NCBI GenBank assembly: GCA_030141605.1
Contig: JAQGDQ010000136.1
Span: forward strand, 124,001-188,000
Source of the DNA: Tubiluchus corallicola
Taxonomy: Eukaryota > Animalia > Priapulida
Reading direction: 5' to 3'
Length of the DNA stretch: 64,000 nt
The notes beneath the pieces were generated by a model. The model was not told the DNA's origin. It worked only from the letters and a program-made list of their open reading frames with translations, and did no database searches. The translations under genes were made by a program, and so were the position numbers. Below, piece by piece: positions 12,701-27,700 of this stretch; the stretch's first letter is position 1; each line of letters starts with the position of its first letter.

Positions 12701-15700
12701 GTAACTTCATCGGTCCTGTCACTGTTGCTGTCAGTACTGTACGTCCCCTTTGGTAAAAAACAACAAAAAATGTTGGTAAGCAAAAGTTGAAAGCAAGAAA
12801 TACAAATAAATAAACTAGCACAAAAATAAATAAATATACACAAATAAACAGCAACAAATAATACCCCAGTTACTACAATAACTTTATCTGTTGTTTTGCT
12901 GCTACCATCAGTACTGCCCATCACCTTTCACAAAAACAAAAAACAAATGTTGACACGGAAACCGTTAAATAAACTGAAGTAAATAAATCAAGTTTAACTG
13001 GAACAACAACTAAAAATTAGCCCAAACGAACAAAAATAAAGCAAAAAAGAATTTGCACAGACATATGGATAAAGAAAACACAAAATACAGCAAAATAAAT
13101 AAAGACAAACTAGACTAATAACAGCACATTTTCCTAGTAACTTTGGGGAAAAGATTTACTACAAAAACACAGAATTAAAGTCAACTAAATTCAATTTACA
13201 CAAATCAGGAAACAAACAAAAAAATATCGTAAAAAATAAATAAATACAACAAATCCATTAAAGCAAAACAAAATAACCAAGCAAATACCGAAGTCTCAGT
13301 GGTCATCTGGTCTGTCTCGGTAGTTCCGTATGTGGTCACCTTTTTGCCAAAAAAACAAATAAAAAACGAAAAATAAATCAAATGAACCAATGCAAAATTA
13401 AACAAATAAAAAATTTTCTACTGAAAAGCACTATTTTGAAAACACATTAAAGAAGAAATTCTTAAGTTTGTTTGTCACTTTAACTGCAGTTCTTTGCTTC
13501 GTTGCAAAACCCTTGGCAGTCGAAGTCCGTAGCGCTCATCAAGTGAAACGGACTTACCGTGGTTTCATAGACGTCAACAGAAACTTCAACAGTAGCCGTC
13601 CTTGGCTCTTCTCCTTGATCAGATGCGATAACCACCAACTGGTAGAAACCTGCCTCTATCGGTCCAGTTGTACGTATCTCACCAACTATAAAATGGCATG
13701 TGGTCATTTAACACCAAAATATTTTTTTCTTGCTATTGGTTTAATAGGTTTATGTTGCTATTACTTTTAAATATGCTATTCTTTTGGATTTACATAAGTG
13801 TAATTCTATCTCAGCAACTTTTGCCTTTATGTTATTGTTTTAACATCTGTATATAAGTTGGTTTCTCTGTCATTGTTCTTCTAGTGTTAGACCCTTTCTG
13901 TGTTGTTTACGAATGTTCACTTATTCATTGACAATGGATAATAAACTGATCCAAAACATATCACAAATTAATACTGTTGGAGAAAGAATTCTACAGGAAG
14001 TTATTTCATCACGTTAATTATTTCATTAAATTGATTAAAGAATAATGCGTGATGCAAAAAAATCATTACGTAGTGGATCAACGTAAAAGTCATCTCTGCC
14101 AGAAGTCAAGCTGAAGAGAACAAAGCCGTTTAAGCCTTCATCGAGGTCTACAGCACGTAACTCCATTATCTGAATTAAACAAAAAAGGTAAGAGTTAGAG
14201 ACCAAATAATTATAACAATTGGCACGTCTTATTTTTCAGAACAAGGTGTTCTCATATATTTATCATTATGCTTGTAATATTATATCCTTGTTTTTTTATG
14301 AATACATGCATTAATACAAAAGGTATATAAAGAACTACACAACAATACCATCCAAAATACAAGTATTATAACACTGTGAAAAAAAGACTACAATAAGCAA
14401 GTCTTACATTCAATAAGATCAGCACTTCTTACAAATAACTTGCAAGATAGCAAAATAAAAGTGAAAAGTTTAGCCTCTAGACTGAATCAAAATTTCTTCC
14501 AAAAATTTCAAATGACCAATGCGTAAATTTGTTTCATCAAAGTAAACATTGCTAGTAGAGTGATCTCAGCTGGTCAAGCTTATAATTAGGACCATCAAGG
14601 ACCATCATTAAGACTTTAAAATTTTGTTGCAAGCTCATTAATACAGTTTATATTAGTACCACAAAAGATTGACTGTGGAAACTGATTGCAAACCGATGAC
14701 ATTTTACCTGATCCCCCTCTAAATAGTCTTCAAACCCAGAAATTTCATCTTAACAAAATTCTCCATTTCAGTTTGTTCACAGTGGATAACAACAACTTTT
14801 TATCTACATAATACAGCTCTAAGTACCTGTTTATCACATTCATCAGAAGCCTCTAAGCTGATGTTATAATACTCTGGAGCAAGATGCGGATCTGGTTCAA
14901 ACTGTGGATCATGTGTATTCATATCGATCAGTGAGATGGTTACCGTCGCTGTATTGCTATTGGGTGGGTCACCTTGGTCTTGCGCCTGAAAAAAAGTGTG
15001 TAAAGCTTGCTTGGTCGAGTGGCTTTGGTACCTTACTAATTTGCAAAGAATAGAACTGGCACAAGTTCGTTGCCACACTTGTTCAAGGAGAATAAAGCTT
15101 ACTACGCATAAAGAAATAACCAGTAATGTAATGGCAATGCACAGCACTAGGTAACTCACCTAAAAATAGAAGCATCTTAAAGGTAACGTATGATACTTTG
15201 TTAAATACAAAAAAAATTATGTCATGTTTAGTTTCTAGCGTTAGCTATGGACTCTGTTTTGCCTGTCAGCAAACAAAAAGAAGCACAACAACAAATTTGT
15301 TTATAAACAACCAGCTTGTTAGAAAATATTACAAAACATATAATATCTTAGTACTTTAATCTAGGCCAAAAAAAAGAAATCGGATGATAAATACAAATTC
15401 CTTCGGCATTAAAACACACTGTCATGACAGGACAGGACAACATGCACATGCAGTAAAAACATGTGTTGCATCTTCTATTAACATTCACCAAGCATGAACT
15501 CATTTTGAGCACATCTGATGTCAATGAAATTAAGCAGAGGAATGAATGTACGGTACTTTTTTCTAGAAAGTTTAAAATAAAGACAACAAAATTTTTGCTT
15601 TGTTGGTAGAAGAGCTCTTACTTGTACTAAAAAAAGATTTGACTGGTTCCTAAACTTGGTGTCAATGGTAAAAGAAAATGAAGAGAAAAACACAGATTAT

Positions 15701-18700
15701 ATTCCAAACAATGTACACTCCCTTCACAAAGCAATCCTTTTTCATTCAACCTATGCAGATTTGTCAAGCACAGCAAGCAAACACATGCCAAATAACTCAG
15801 TAAAATGCAAAAGCCAATGTTTTCGACCAATAAACTACACAATAACACTTTTGTAATTATTTACCTTTACTGTGATAGTATAAATGTCAACTTCACTCCT
15901 GTTAAGGCTTCCTTCAATGTGTAAGTCACCCACGTACCTGTCTCGAGCTTCATCGTAAGTGGTGCTGATGGAGAAGTTAGCACCTATAGTTTATATATCA
16001 TACGTATAATTCAGTGATATCTTAAATTTTTCTCCCACAAATGTAAACCACTATAAAGCTACAGAGTAGTTGAAAATGACAGAGCCAATCTTCACATTAT
16101 CAGAGTGTCACACAACAAATTGTGTTGGTATTTACTTTCTTTTTAAAATGTGTTTTTTCCGAACAAAATGGTGGACATTACGCGAGCTTCTGCATCCAGC
16201 ATAGATCAGCCAACAGGCTAATAAATGTTGAGTTTTTCTAATGGTATTAACCTATAACATTCCAAACACTGAGATATCAAGAGATATAATTTTGAAAGAA
16301 ACTATTAATAATGAAAAGAACTTGCCAGAGCACAGGCCAGGCACATCATTTTCTATTAAAATAGACTTTCCTCTCCAAGTTCCCACATGTCTTTATGCCT
16401 ACTAGCAATTGAAAATTCTACGTTTTTTCCTATGCTACACCAATTTTGTCGAGAATTTCTAGCTTCTTATGAAAAAAGTTATTTAAACACCTTTAATATT
16501 GTGAGCACCTTAATTACAATAGCTACGACAAATTTGGAATTGATTTTACAACTTTCCCAGCCATTTTTTTTGAACCACAAAACCAATTAAATAAACAAAT
16601 TCAAACAGTTTTGCACCCAAAGTTTTCCTTGTTTTATATTCTGCAACAAACCCAAGATAGCATAGAAATAATAGATAGTGCAGACTGCTAGAACTAGTTC
16701 AAAAACATACTTGGCTCAGGGTCAACATTCTCGACAGAAAATTCGATCTCGCCATTCTGACCAATGTCTAAGTCTCTAGCAGCCACATAACCAAATGTAT
16801 GCGAACTTGTATAATCTCCCTCCTTAATGGTAAAGCTGTAGCTATCATCAACATCAAATGTCGGCTCATTATTGTTGATGTCCAAAAGGGTTACGTAAAC
16901 CTAAAAAGCATTTATTTTTATAAATAAATACAAATTCTAAAGTTTAGAAACCTATATTTAGCAATTTAGTATATTACATTCGAAAAATAGCATATGTACT
17001 CCTTACTGCAGCATAGGTAATCCTATGAATATCCATGAAAGACTCATCTGTAGCTTTGACAGAAAAAGCACGCAATTCGCCATCTAGTCGTTTTAGACGT
17101 TGTAACGTTTTTATTTCACCCTGCAACAAAAAGTAAAAGAAATTATCATAATTCATCTACGCATTTTATTAGGGAAACATTTGCATTCCATCATCTAGTT
17201 GATATAAATTCCCTTGTGTACTACATAAGAAAAGCAAGCTGCTTTAGTGAGTTACAGGCTAATGAAGCAACTGACAAAAAGTTATTTTTTCATTTTCAAT
17301 CAATCAATGCTCATTTTGTTTCTATTTTATCAGTCTGACAATCACAGTGCCCAAATATAAGAGAAATTATAATGTGTTGATACATAAGTGTTAAATTAGA
17401 TGTTCTCGCTTTGATACAAATATACCGACGAGCAAAGAACAAAGTGCAGCAATTAAAGAGAAGCTGAAACATGAAATCAAAACCAAAGTTATCGAGAACT
17501 ACAACAAATTTTTCTGTTTATTAATGTGTGTTAGCAAAACAAAGTTTTTAACCCAAATTTTCAACTAACTCATTCTTGCAAAAACAGAAAATCAAAAAAA
17601 ATTTAAAATTCACAAAGCAAGTTGATTCTTCCTAAGCACTAACTAAGTACTCACGGTATTCAAATCTATTTCAAACTCATCGCTGTCTTCTAGCAATTCA
17701 TATTTGACAACATTTTCTGTATCATTGCTACCAGCAGAAACTGTCACAACCTCAGTACCTATGAAAAAAATGTATGGAAAAATGTACAAATTCTAATTTA
17801 GAAAGCAAATTCCGTTTGAAAAAACAAACAACTAACAAAATGTTCATTAACCTATTTCAATACGCTACATGCAGAATAATGAGTACCTTTCATACTATAC
17901 TTATACAGCGACTTGACAAAGCATTTTCTGCAAAGAGGTTAAAACTTTGCAAAAAATTGTTGAAAATGGGCAAAAATGAGGCATTGCTTTCCTAATATGT
18001 CTTTTCCAGTCAATCTTTATTATTTGGTAACCGTTTTTGATTATTAATGCATTAAATGCAAGTTCTAGATCTGATATCTTCTATATCTTCTCAATGATGG
18101 CTCAACTTTAAATCAATACTATGGAGAGACGCAGACAGGGGCAGTAAAAACAACCTTCATGAAAATCTACACGCGCTTTAAACAGGTGCGTTTGAATTTT
18201 CTTGCCTTGCCAGTTAAAAAAATGTTTAACTCTCACCATTAACTTGATCTTCATCCATATCTACACTGTATGCTGCATTATCAAACAAAAACTGTTCACA
18301 ATCTGACGAAGTGTTCCATTCTAGCAGACGTACATGAAGCAACATGGAACCTACAGATAATAAGATATAAAAGATACAATAATATGTTTTATATAATTGT
18401 AAAACATGCAAAAGGTTGACTCAAATTGCTTTGTCATAAAAAAATGCTATTTATAGCTATCGCAATAATGTAAAAAGCAGTATGCTCACCTTCAAGAAGC
18501 AAGACTAAATGATAACAAACTCATTCAGCATTACATTGAGAGTATTGTGTTTTAAAATCCATGATATGCTATACTGTTAAAGGGAAATTGTTTCTGCTTT
18601 TTGACACTTGTATTAACAGTTCCTAAATGCGAGATACAAATGAAGTACCAGCCAAAAACATCAGCTACACTACACTTACTTCACGTGAAGCTACAAAATG

Positions 18701-21700
18701 CTTGGAAACAAATAGATTGCTAACAATTCATGACTGTGTTCGCACGTGATATATGGGAAAAGCTGATGTTGTATCGAAGCTATGACAACTCAAACTTCTT
18801 CATCAAAAAATTATTTCATGTTAATTAGCAATAGTACTATCTTATTTATTTGATGTCGTGTTAGAAAAAATTTTGTTAAAATGTTTGCCAGACACTAGTT
18901 TTAAAAAAAATTGTAATGGTTCAGCTGTTCAGCTGGCACAAATAAAAGAAATGACAAAAGTAGAACAATTTCAAAGTTTGAAAAAATTCAGAAAACACTG
19001 TTCTTCAAAAATCAACATGTGAATTTGCAAGTACTCAAAAATCTGATTCCTTTCACCAATAAAAACATTATGAGTTTACTGCTTATTTCATGTGTTGTTA
19101 ATAAAAGCAGAAATAAGTTGTTCTACTTACCCGATAAATGTACGTTGCCATTATCAGTAGCTGTGATTTCCAATGTTAAAGTTTGGTCATCAGTCGTTAT
19201 TATACCCTCATTTATCAGCTCGTCTATGTCGATTTTCTTCCTGATAGTGATAACACCTAAAAACAAAAAAATTTTCCTGTCTAAAAATTGAGTAGAGATC
19301 AAGTATTATCAAAACGCGTAAAAATTAAAATTTTCAAATAACTATCAATTTCAGTTAACTATCAGTGAAATAATTTTACTTGATTATCTGATTTAAAATT
19401 TATGAAGCTGTCATTTATACTAAAATGTCATTCACACAGGAGAAGACCAAATACACATTAATGTCACTCAAAACAAAGATAGACATCAAATCCAAAGTGT
19501 CATATCACCTTTTTGCAAAGTAGAAAAATGACATATGTTAATGTCATTCAAAACTCATTCAAAACCAATTTTAGTTTTTTCATCACAACAACTAAAGAAT
19601 ATAACTTGTTTGTATATCAAAGCGATAAGATAAAATGTTTTTCCAGGGCATAATTATTCAGTGTCCACACATTAAAACAAAATGCATTAGAAACAATCAC
19701 TTTTCGACAATAACGAATAAGTTTCCTCACTTTTGAGTGTTAATTATTACTAGAAGCACTAGGTAAATATACGCCAAGCCAAAGCTTACATATGAAAAAT
19801 GCAACATAAAAAATTATAAAACGATCACTATTTTACCTAAATTAGAAAAGTCTTCCACTGAGAAGTATTCACTGCCATTGCCTGACAGCGTGTAATTCAA
19901 CTTTCCATTGTCATCAAGATCCTGGTCTATGGCATAAGCAACGTAAACCTGAAAAAACCAATTTGTGAAACTATTCGATATTTCAGTAGTGAAAAAATTA
20001 AAATTCATCTATATAGCTCATGACAATAAACAAGAATAAAGTGGAAAGCAAAATGTTGTTCATCAGTGAAGTTAGCAGGCCCAATTATAAAATATATACT
20101 TAATTATCATAAATGCACCTATAACACAGGCTTACACATTTGACTAACATTAACACAGTTACTACTACTATACTGCTTTACTCTATGTTTAATACAAAAG
20201 CTATAATCATCAAAAAAAAATTTAACCTGCACAGAATTTTCTGGTGATTATAGCTACTGTATTAAACATAAAACTTTTGCTCTTAGACACAAAAATGTTA
20301 CAAAAGTTCTAGTTCCTTTAATCATTAATTATTGATTAGATCATGACTGTTTTAGTTTCTACCTTTAGCCTTTTTTTGAGCTGATCAAAGTACCAATCAT
20401 CTTTTGTATTAGTATATCTGATTAAAGAAAAACCTGATGCAAAACTAGAACGATTCAATTGTTTGTTACAAAATCTGATGTAAAACTAGAAAAATTTAAT
20501 TGTTTGTTACAAATAATTAATAAGCTAAGTTTTTGAATTAAAATATAAATTTGTAAAATACTTTTCCAAAAACACATAAAATCCAGATAATTTAAAACTT
20601 AGGAGAAGGAAGCTGATACATTTAATTTACAAAAATATTCTGCAAAAAAACAAAAATATTTTAGATTTTTAAGTATTTTCGAATTATAGTGCAGACTTTA
20701 ATATACAAATGAACGATTTCACACAGCTACAATTAGAAAAAATATGTACCCACCAAAGTATCAACTGCCAAGTTTTCAAGAATTGTAATAGTTTCCTCAT
20801 CAGAAGAAAATTTTGGTGCATGAATATTCAAATCTTCTACGAAGACAATCATCGTCATCTTAGCAATCGGCCAATCAGCTTAAATAATATGAAAGAACAT
20901 TAGTTGGCATAAACAACTAATTACTTTCCATTGTACCTTATGAAGAGTAAGAGGACTATCTCTTTCAGTATTCTCAATACAAAGAAATTCAAACTTGCCA
21001 TTTTCCGCTCTCAAAAATACACTTACTCAAAATAATATTCAAATGTTATTGTATGACGATACATCATTCAGGCATTAAAACTTACTCCTAATCATATTAT
21101 AGATACAGCAGTCATTGTGCATTGCTCATAGCAAGTGTATCATTCAATAAAAGAAATGTAAATTGCATATTAAATTTCTCTTGCACTGCATTACATAACA
21201 ATTTTTATACTTCTGCATGTCTTGTGCAAAGCCCAACCCGTAAGTCACTTCTCAGGCATCAACTTCAATTCCAGCATTATTCATCCCAGTTTTATAAACT
21301 TACATATCACTACATTTTAATTAATAAACAAACAAAATCCCTTCCTATGCAAAATTTAGTCTAGATGTCTCTTGTTGTAGTTACAAACTTATTTATTTAA
21401 TAATAACTTATGTATTTGTTCTATAAACACATTTAAATTTAGCAATGATACTAAATTTTAAGATAAATAACAACTTTCTGTGAATGTCTCTTTATTCAGT
21501 TAACTTGTTCATTCTTCATTCATTACAAACTTATTCATTTAATAATCACTTATGTATTTGTTCTATAAAAACGTTTAAATTTTGCATAGAAACTAAATTT
21601 TAAGATAAATGACAACAATTATTCAGTTAAAGAGTATAAGTTATTCACAATCAGTGAGTGGTAAAAATATTCTTTTAGATAATAATCAATCAATCAATCA

Positions 21701-24700
21701 ATTTACTTCACTCCAGCAATACGCATACAATACATCAGCATACAATATTATTGAAACAAAAAGAAACAGTATAGGTAAAAAAAACATTGATGAAGTCAAA
21801 TTAACCAAATAAAAGAGTTGCTGTATGACACCTTGAAAGCTTGGCTTGTTAAGGTTGCACAAATGAGTGAATGAAAGAATGGTTAGGGTTAGTAGACATG
21901 ATGGAATGGAAAAAAATAGTAAGATTAGGGATAGGAAGAAGGAAAAGAGGAGAAGAAATGACCACAGTGTATGTTCAATTTACATAGAGCTATATTAAAA
22001 TAGCATTATAATTGAATGGAAGCCATATATTGCGACTGCATGAGACATGGAACCATTAAAATTGTATTATAAGTATGAATCAAAAATAGTATTTTTCAAG
22101 TACTTTTTTTAACTATAATAATAAGAATATCCTTATTCGCACATGAGTTCAAAGACATGGCACACAAGTAAAAAACACATAAACACAATAAAAACATGTG
22201 GAGTCTTGCAATCACAATTCTTATTCGTATAAAAATACTGCTCAAGCTAATAGATAAATAGATCCTAACACACTAACAATTACAATTTATATAATTATAA
22301 ATACCCATCCAAATACCTCATTTCCAATATTTGCATATGATGTGTCGAGTAGCAAGCCTACTGGTAGAATGGAATAGCTAGTACAATAGAGAAGCATAAA
22401 TACATGCACAATTGAATTAGTGAAAATCAACAATTGCTAATAAAGTCTGAACTAAGAAGCACAACAGGATAGAGCTGTTTATAATGCATAAAGAGTCAGT
22501 ACTTACCGTCAGGAGTTTTGTCTTCAGCATACACTTGAAATTCATATGTAACACCGTCGTATGAACGGATATCACTTGTCACTGAAATTTCTCCACTCGT
22601 TTCGTTAATCTCGAAAGGTACTGAAAGTAAAGCCAAAGCATCAATGATGCTGTAGGTCCCCTGACTTTCATGCTTGACATAATACACTTAATGCAAGATC
22701 ATTTTTTGGTTCACAAACTCTTATAGGAATGAAAAAGCACTAATTTCCCAGCAGTACCGCCTGGTCAAATAAAGGTCAAATTTCTTCCAAATTTCGTACA
22801 GCAAGTTTCATACAGTTGGCATTTTTGTCTACATTTGGCAATTTTTATCTTTGTCCCAGGTCAATGAATGCCATTGCCCAAAAATTCTCACCTATACTTG
22901 ATCTTTTGTTAAGTGACAAAAACAAGGCTATTTAACACTATAGTTGCAATTATTAGAATCCTGGGATTGCCTTCCCTAACGGAGAAAGTTAAAAAATTCT
23001 TGTCAATGATGGATTGTGAATTGGTGACAGGCACTCTAATTCTTCACACTGAACTGACAAACTTTTCTATTATACACACCATCCTGACTCGTAAGGGAAA
23101 GAGGATAAAATTGTTTTTGTCTATGCTGGGTTGTCAGTAAGCGACAAGTCAGCTTGCATTTATGGCTCAGGACCTCACCATTGGTGTGCAGCTGTTGCAG
23201 TTTCTATCTGTTTACTCCTGATATGGATATGCCTTCAGAATGACCTTAACTACGACAATCACCTTATCCAAACGTTACCCTATACCAAAAATCTCAAATC
23301 TACTCCATTTGGCCGGGTGTATAACTGGCTTAAATTCAAACTGTGAATGGGTGACGGACGCCTAACGGCACAAGCTGCATAAAGCTCACAAAGTCAGGAG
23401 TCTCAGATTCTTCTTAATTAAATCACCTATAAATGCTTAAACAAATAGCACGAATGAATAGCTGAGATTCTCCAGTATAAAAAAGCATCTAATTTGCAAT
23501 CATTTAGTTATATATGTATTCACACAGTAGCAGAAAAGTCATAGGTCTTACATGACCTATTTTGAGTGTGGTCCAGTAAGACGTAATGCATTTCACCTTA
23601 AACACAATCTAAAACTAAACTCCAGACACAAAACTATGCAGAAATTTTCCGCATTCCTGGCATGTTAGTCGTTTTTTCCACATGTTTTGCATCCATTACA
23701 AAAAATGAGTGCTATAACTGAAATCAAGAGCAATTTACTGCTCAATACTTATATGACATAACAGACGGCAAAAAATTCATACTAAGCATATCACAGCCAT
23801 TTATGAAAAATGCAATAAACTGCGCCTGTCAAAATTAAACTTATTTGGTCCCAGTTTTAACAATGACCACTCATAATACAATTATGAGAGAAACTTACGT
23901 TCAAGATCTTCAAGGAAGTATGTGATGACCTTTGGTGGGTCCAGACCATCATCTAAATCTATTACTGATACAGTTGCTATGATAGCACCAACTGTTACAT
24001 TTTCATCAATGTTCACAACTTCAACACTCTCATTAAAGTAAATTGCATGACTGTTTGTATCAGACAGAGTGATATCGATTGCAACACAATCAGATTTCTG
24101 AATATAAGCACCGCTATCTGTTGCACAAACATTGAGCGAATAGGAAGCTTTCTGTGCTCGATCAAGTGGTCCAGCTACAGTTATTTCACCTAAAAAAACA
24201 TGACGTAATCTACATGATGAAACAACTCATAATGAAACAAAGTGAAACAGCTTCAAATTATTACATTCACTGTCAATTACAAACTTTTTAGATTATGCCC
24301 ATGCAAACAAAATCTACCTAAAATTTCAACTAACCACAATATCTATGATTCAGAAATTAAGAAATTGTATTTGAAGTGTTACACAAATGTTTCTGGTTGT
24401 TATTATGACAATAATATGTTATCTAAAACATAACACAATGAATTTTGAACTAAAGTGTCAGTGATACAGAAATTAGAAAATTATATTTGAAGTGTTTCAC
24501 AAATGTTTTTGGTTGTTATGACAATGATATCTTATCTAAAACATAAGACAGTGACTTTTGACTTCTTTTAAGCGATCATGTTTGTTTAAATCGTGCAAAG
24601 ATTTATAAATGCTTTAAGATGTGTAAAAGTTAGTAAATGCTTATTATACAATGGACACTGATTAAAAATCCAAAACATTTACCAGTCACTCTGTCAATGG

Positions 24701-27700
24701 AAAATGCGTCCTCTGCTCCGTCTTCTATGCTGTATCGAATCACTGCATTAGGACTTGGGGGTGGTGCATCCACATCAGTTGCTGTGACCTGAAATACAAC
24801 CAGCCAGATGAATTAGTTAATAAATTAAATAAAGTTATGACTAATTGATTACCTGATGATTTCAGCAGAAAATCATACAGAAAATGTTAAAACTTCATTA
24901 GTTTTAATCAACTCAAAAGTGCCTTTGTGATTGCAAAGTTCCTGTGTGACACATCATTGCAATATGCGAGTAGCTCAAAGGTCCCTCAGTGGCTATCACC
25001 CACAAATGCAGGGGACGAAAAAACTAAGCCTCAGTTTAGGCAGGTTTCCTCTGGCAAACTAATTGCATCTGACAAGAAAAAAATAGCTACAAACATCTCA
25101 CATTATCTACGCAGTGCATAAAGTATTAAGGCCTTACTGATTAGATATAGCAAGCAGCATAACTTACGATAGTGACATTAGTACCAACAGGTGCATCTTC
25201 CGAAATGGTAAAGTTTTTTTCCATCAGAGAGTCGTCAAACTCTGGCGCATTGTCGTTAATGTCACCAACGGTGATTGTCAGATTTAAAAATTCAACATTT
25301 CCATTGTTTCCCTCATTATCTTCAGCTTTGATCTAAAAACATTAAGAAGAATTGCTGAACCTGAATCAGCACGGGTAGTACGTAAAAAGTGAACAATGGT
25401 AGTAAGTCTCAAAGCAGCTATCGTAATAAGTCAAAAGTGAACAATGGTAGCAAGTCCAAAGTCAGCAATGATAGTAAGTGCCAAATCAGCAATTTTAGTA
25501 AGTCCCAAGTCAGCATTGGTAATAAGTACCAAGTCAGCAATGGTAGTAAGCCAAAAATGAACAATGGTAGTAAGTCCCAATTCAGAAATGGTAGTAAGTC
25601 CAAAGTCAGCAAAGGTAGTAAGTCAAAAGTCAGCAAAGGTTGTAAGTCCCAAGTCAGGAATGGTAGTAAGTCTTAAGTCAGCAATGGTAGTAGTAAGTCA
25701 ATAGCGAACAATGGTAGTAAGTCTCAAGTCAGCAATGGTAGTAAATAAAAAGTGAACAATAGTAGGAATCCTAAGTCAGCAATGGTAGTAAGTCAATAGA
25801 GAACAATAGTAGTTAGTCTCAAGTCAGCTATGGTAGTAAGTCAAAAGTGAACAATGGTAGTAAGTCCCAAGTCAGCAGTGCTAGTGTACTAGTAAGTCCC
25901 AATTCAGCAATGGTAGTAAGTCAAAAGAGAACAATGGTAGTTAAGTCATAAGTCTGCAATGGTAGTAAGTCAAAAGTGAACAATGGTAGAAAGTCCCAAG
26001 TCAGCAATAGCAGTAAATCAAAAATGAACAATGGTAGTAAGTCCCAAGTCTGCAATGGTAGTAAGTCAAAAGTCAGCAATGGTAGTTAAGTCGTAAGTCA
26101 GCAATGGTATTAAGTCAAAAGTGAACGATGGCAGTAAGTCGCAAGTCAGCAATAGTAGTAAGTCAAAAATGAACAATGGTAGTAAGACCCAAGTCTGCAA
26201 TAGTAGTAAGTCCCAAATCAATAGTGGTAGTAATTCAAAAGTAAACAATGGTATAAGTCCTTAGTCAACTGCCAAGTCTTTAACTCAAATTTTCTCATAA
26301 TGTTACAATTTGATGATTTTTTATTCATCGTTTGTTGGAATGATGATTAAAATCTTTGCATTCAATGATGCAAATACAGCTCATCGAAAAAAAATTTCAA
26401 AAGAAAAGCCTTGTGTGCTATGATTTTCTATCTTAGTACATACACATGCACATCTTATTACTTACTTATCAAGTGCAGCAAGTACACTTGCCAATGTAAC
26501 CATGATTACATTAATTTCATCAAGTTAATACGTGGTGTATTTCAAAAGTACTGGGAAATTCAAAAAGTAACTAGTCTTGTTAAATACAAATTTTATATTC
26601 TTTACAGAAACAGGTAAGTGAATTATAATGTAAAAAATGAAAATCAAAAACAGAAAAATTAACTTCAAATTAAAGCAGCATTCATCATTCGTGAATTGTA
26701 CAGATTTTGTGCATTAAAATAACCCAGCTTCTTATTCTAAAGAGAAGGCCAACCATTTTTATAATCCGAGTCACACGAGTAAATAATTTTTTAATAAAAT
26801 TTGGCATAAAATGTAAACACACACTTTGTAAAGAATGCCAAAAGAATAAGAATTAGTGAATAGAACCTTATCCAGTCATTCAATTTAATGAGAAAATAAA
26901 AAAGACCAATCAGTAACATTGAGGAATAATGTAGTGCTGTACGTGTGAAACTGTCAAGAAAAAATAGTGCTGAGTGCTAAACTTACCTCCAAGTGAACAA
27001 GAAATCCAGGCTTAATTAAGAGAAATAAAACCCTAATAATTTAATAATGTTAGTGCATTATCATTAGAACCATTTTATGTTTGCATAAGTGTTAAATTAG
27101 CGAGCATCGTGCATGATTTATTTCTCTTAAGAAAAATAGTAACTACAGTGTGTGCCGCTTAATAGACTCACTTTGGGACCGAAGTGTTTTTACCCAATTA
27201 ACCGATTGAACCTATTAAGCAATGTGTGTAGTATTACTGGTACAAAAGTATGAGTCATCAGCTTCGTATGCACTGCAATGGTTTTTAATGAAATTTAGAA
27301 GCAAAGTAATGCCTAAATTCCTTTGTGCAGTTAAATATTTAAAAAATATATTTTAAAATATTAATTTATATAAGTGAATTAGCAATAAATTAAAAAGTAT
27401 AATTTTAAAAATCACACAAATCCATTTATTTGCAAAAATTCCTTCAAAGTCAGCTGCTTCATTTTATGATGAAGAAGTTAGCTCACACGGTTCTCATAAA
27501 TTATAAAAACATTAAAAATCTGTTGCTGTGTGATGGACGTATTCTTGTAAAACATTTAGCGCTTGGTGTGCTTGAGCTGCAGTTTTTCAAACTTCTTAAC
27601 TCTATGCTCTAACCATACATCACAAAGAAGAATGGTCGATTACTGTACCTGCATCTTTGATTGTTAACTGATTAAGCATCAAAGTGTGATTTGCAAAGAG

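Noticed and set aside
22740-23460. GC-elevated intronic segment, possible LINE or other TE fragment
   Set aside because: No recognisable RT motif, TIR or TSD.
25389-26248. Repetitive ORFs (NNGSKSKV.. and LLPLLT..)
   Set aside because: Chance translations of the 24-bp minisatellite; interrupted by stops and indels, and intronic.
25361-26268. CRISPR-like array
   Set aside because: Head-to-tail repeats with no unique spacers, eukaryotic intron, no cas genes.
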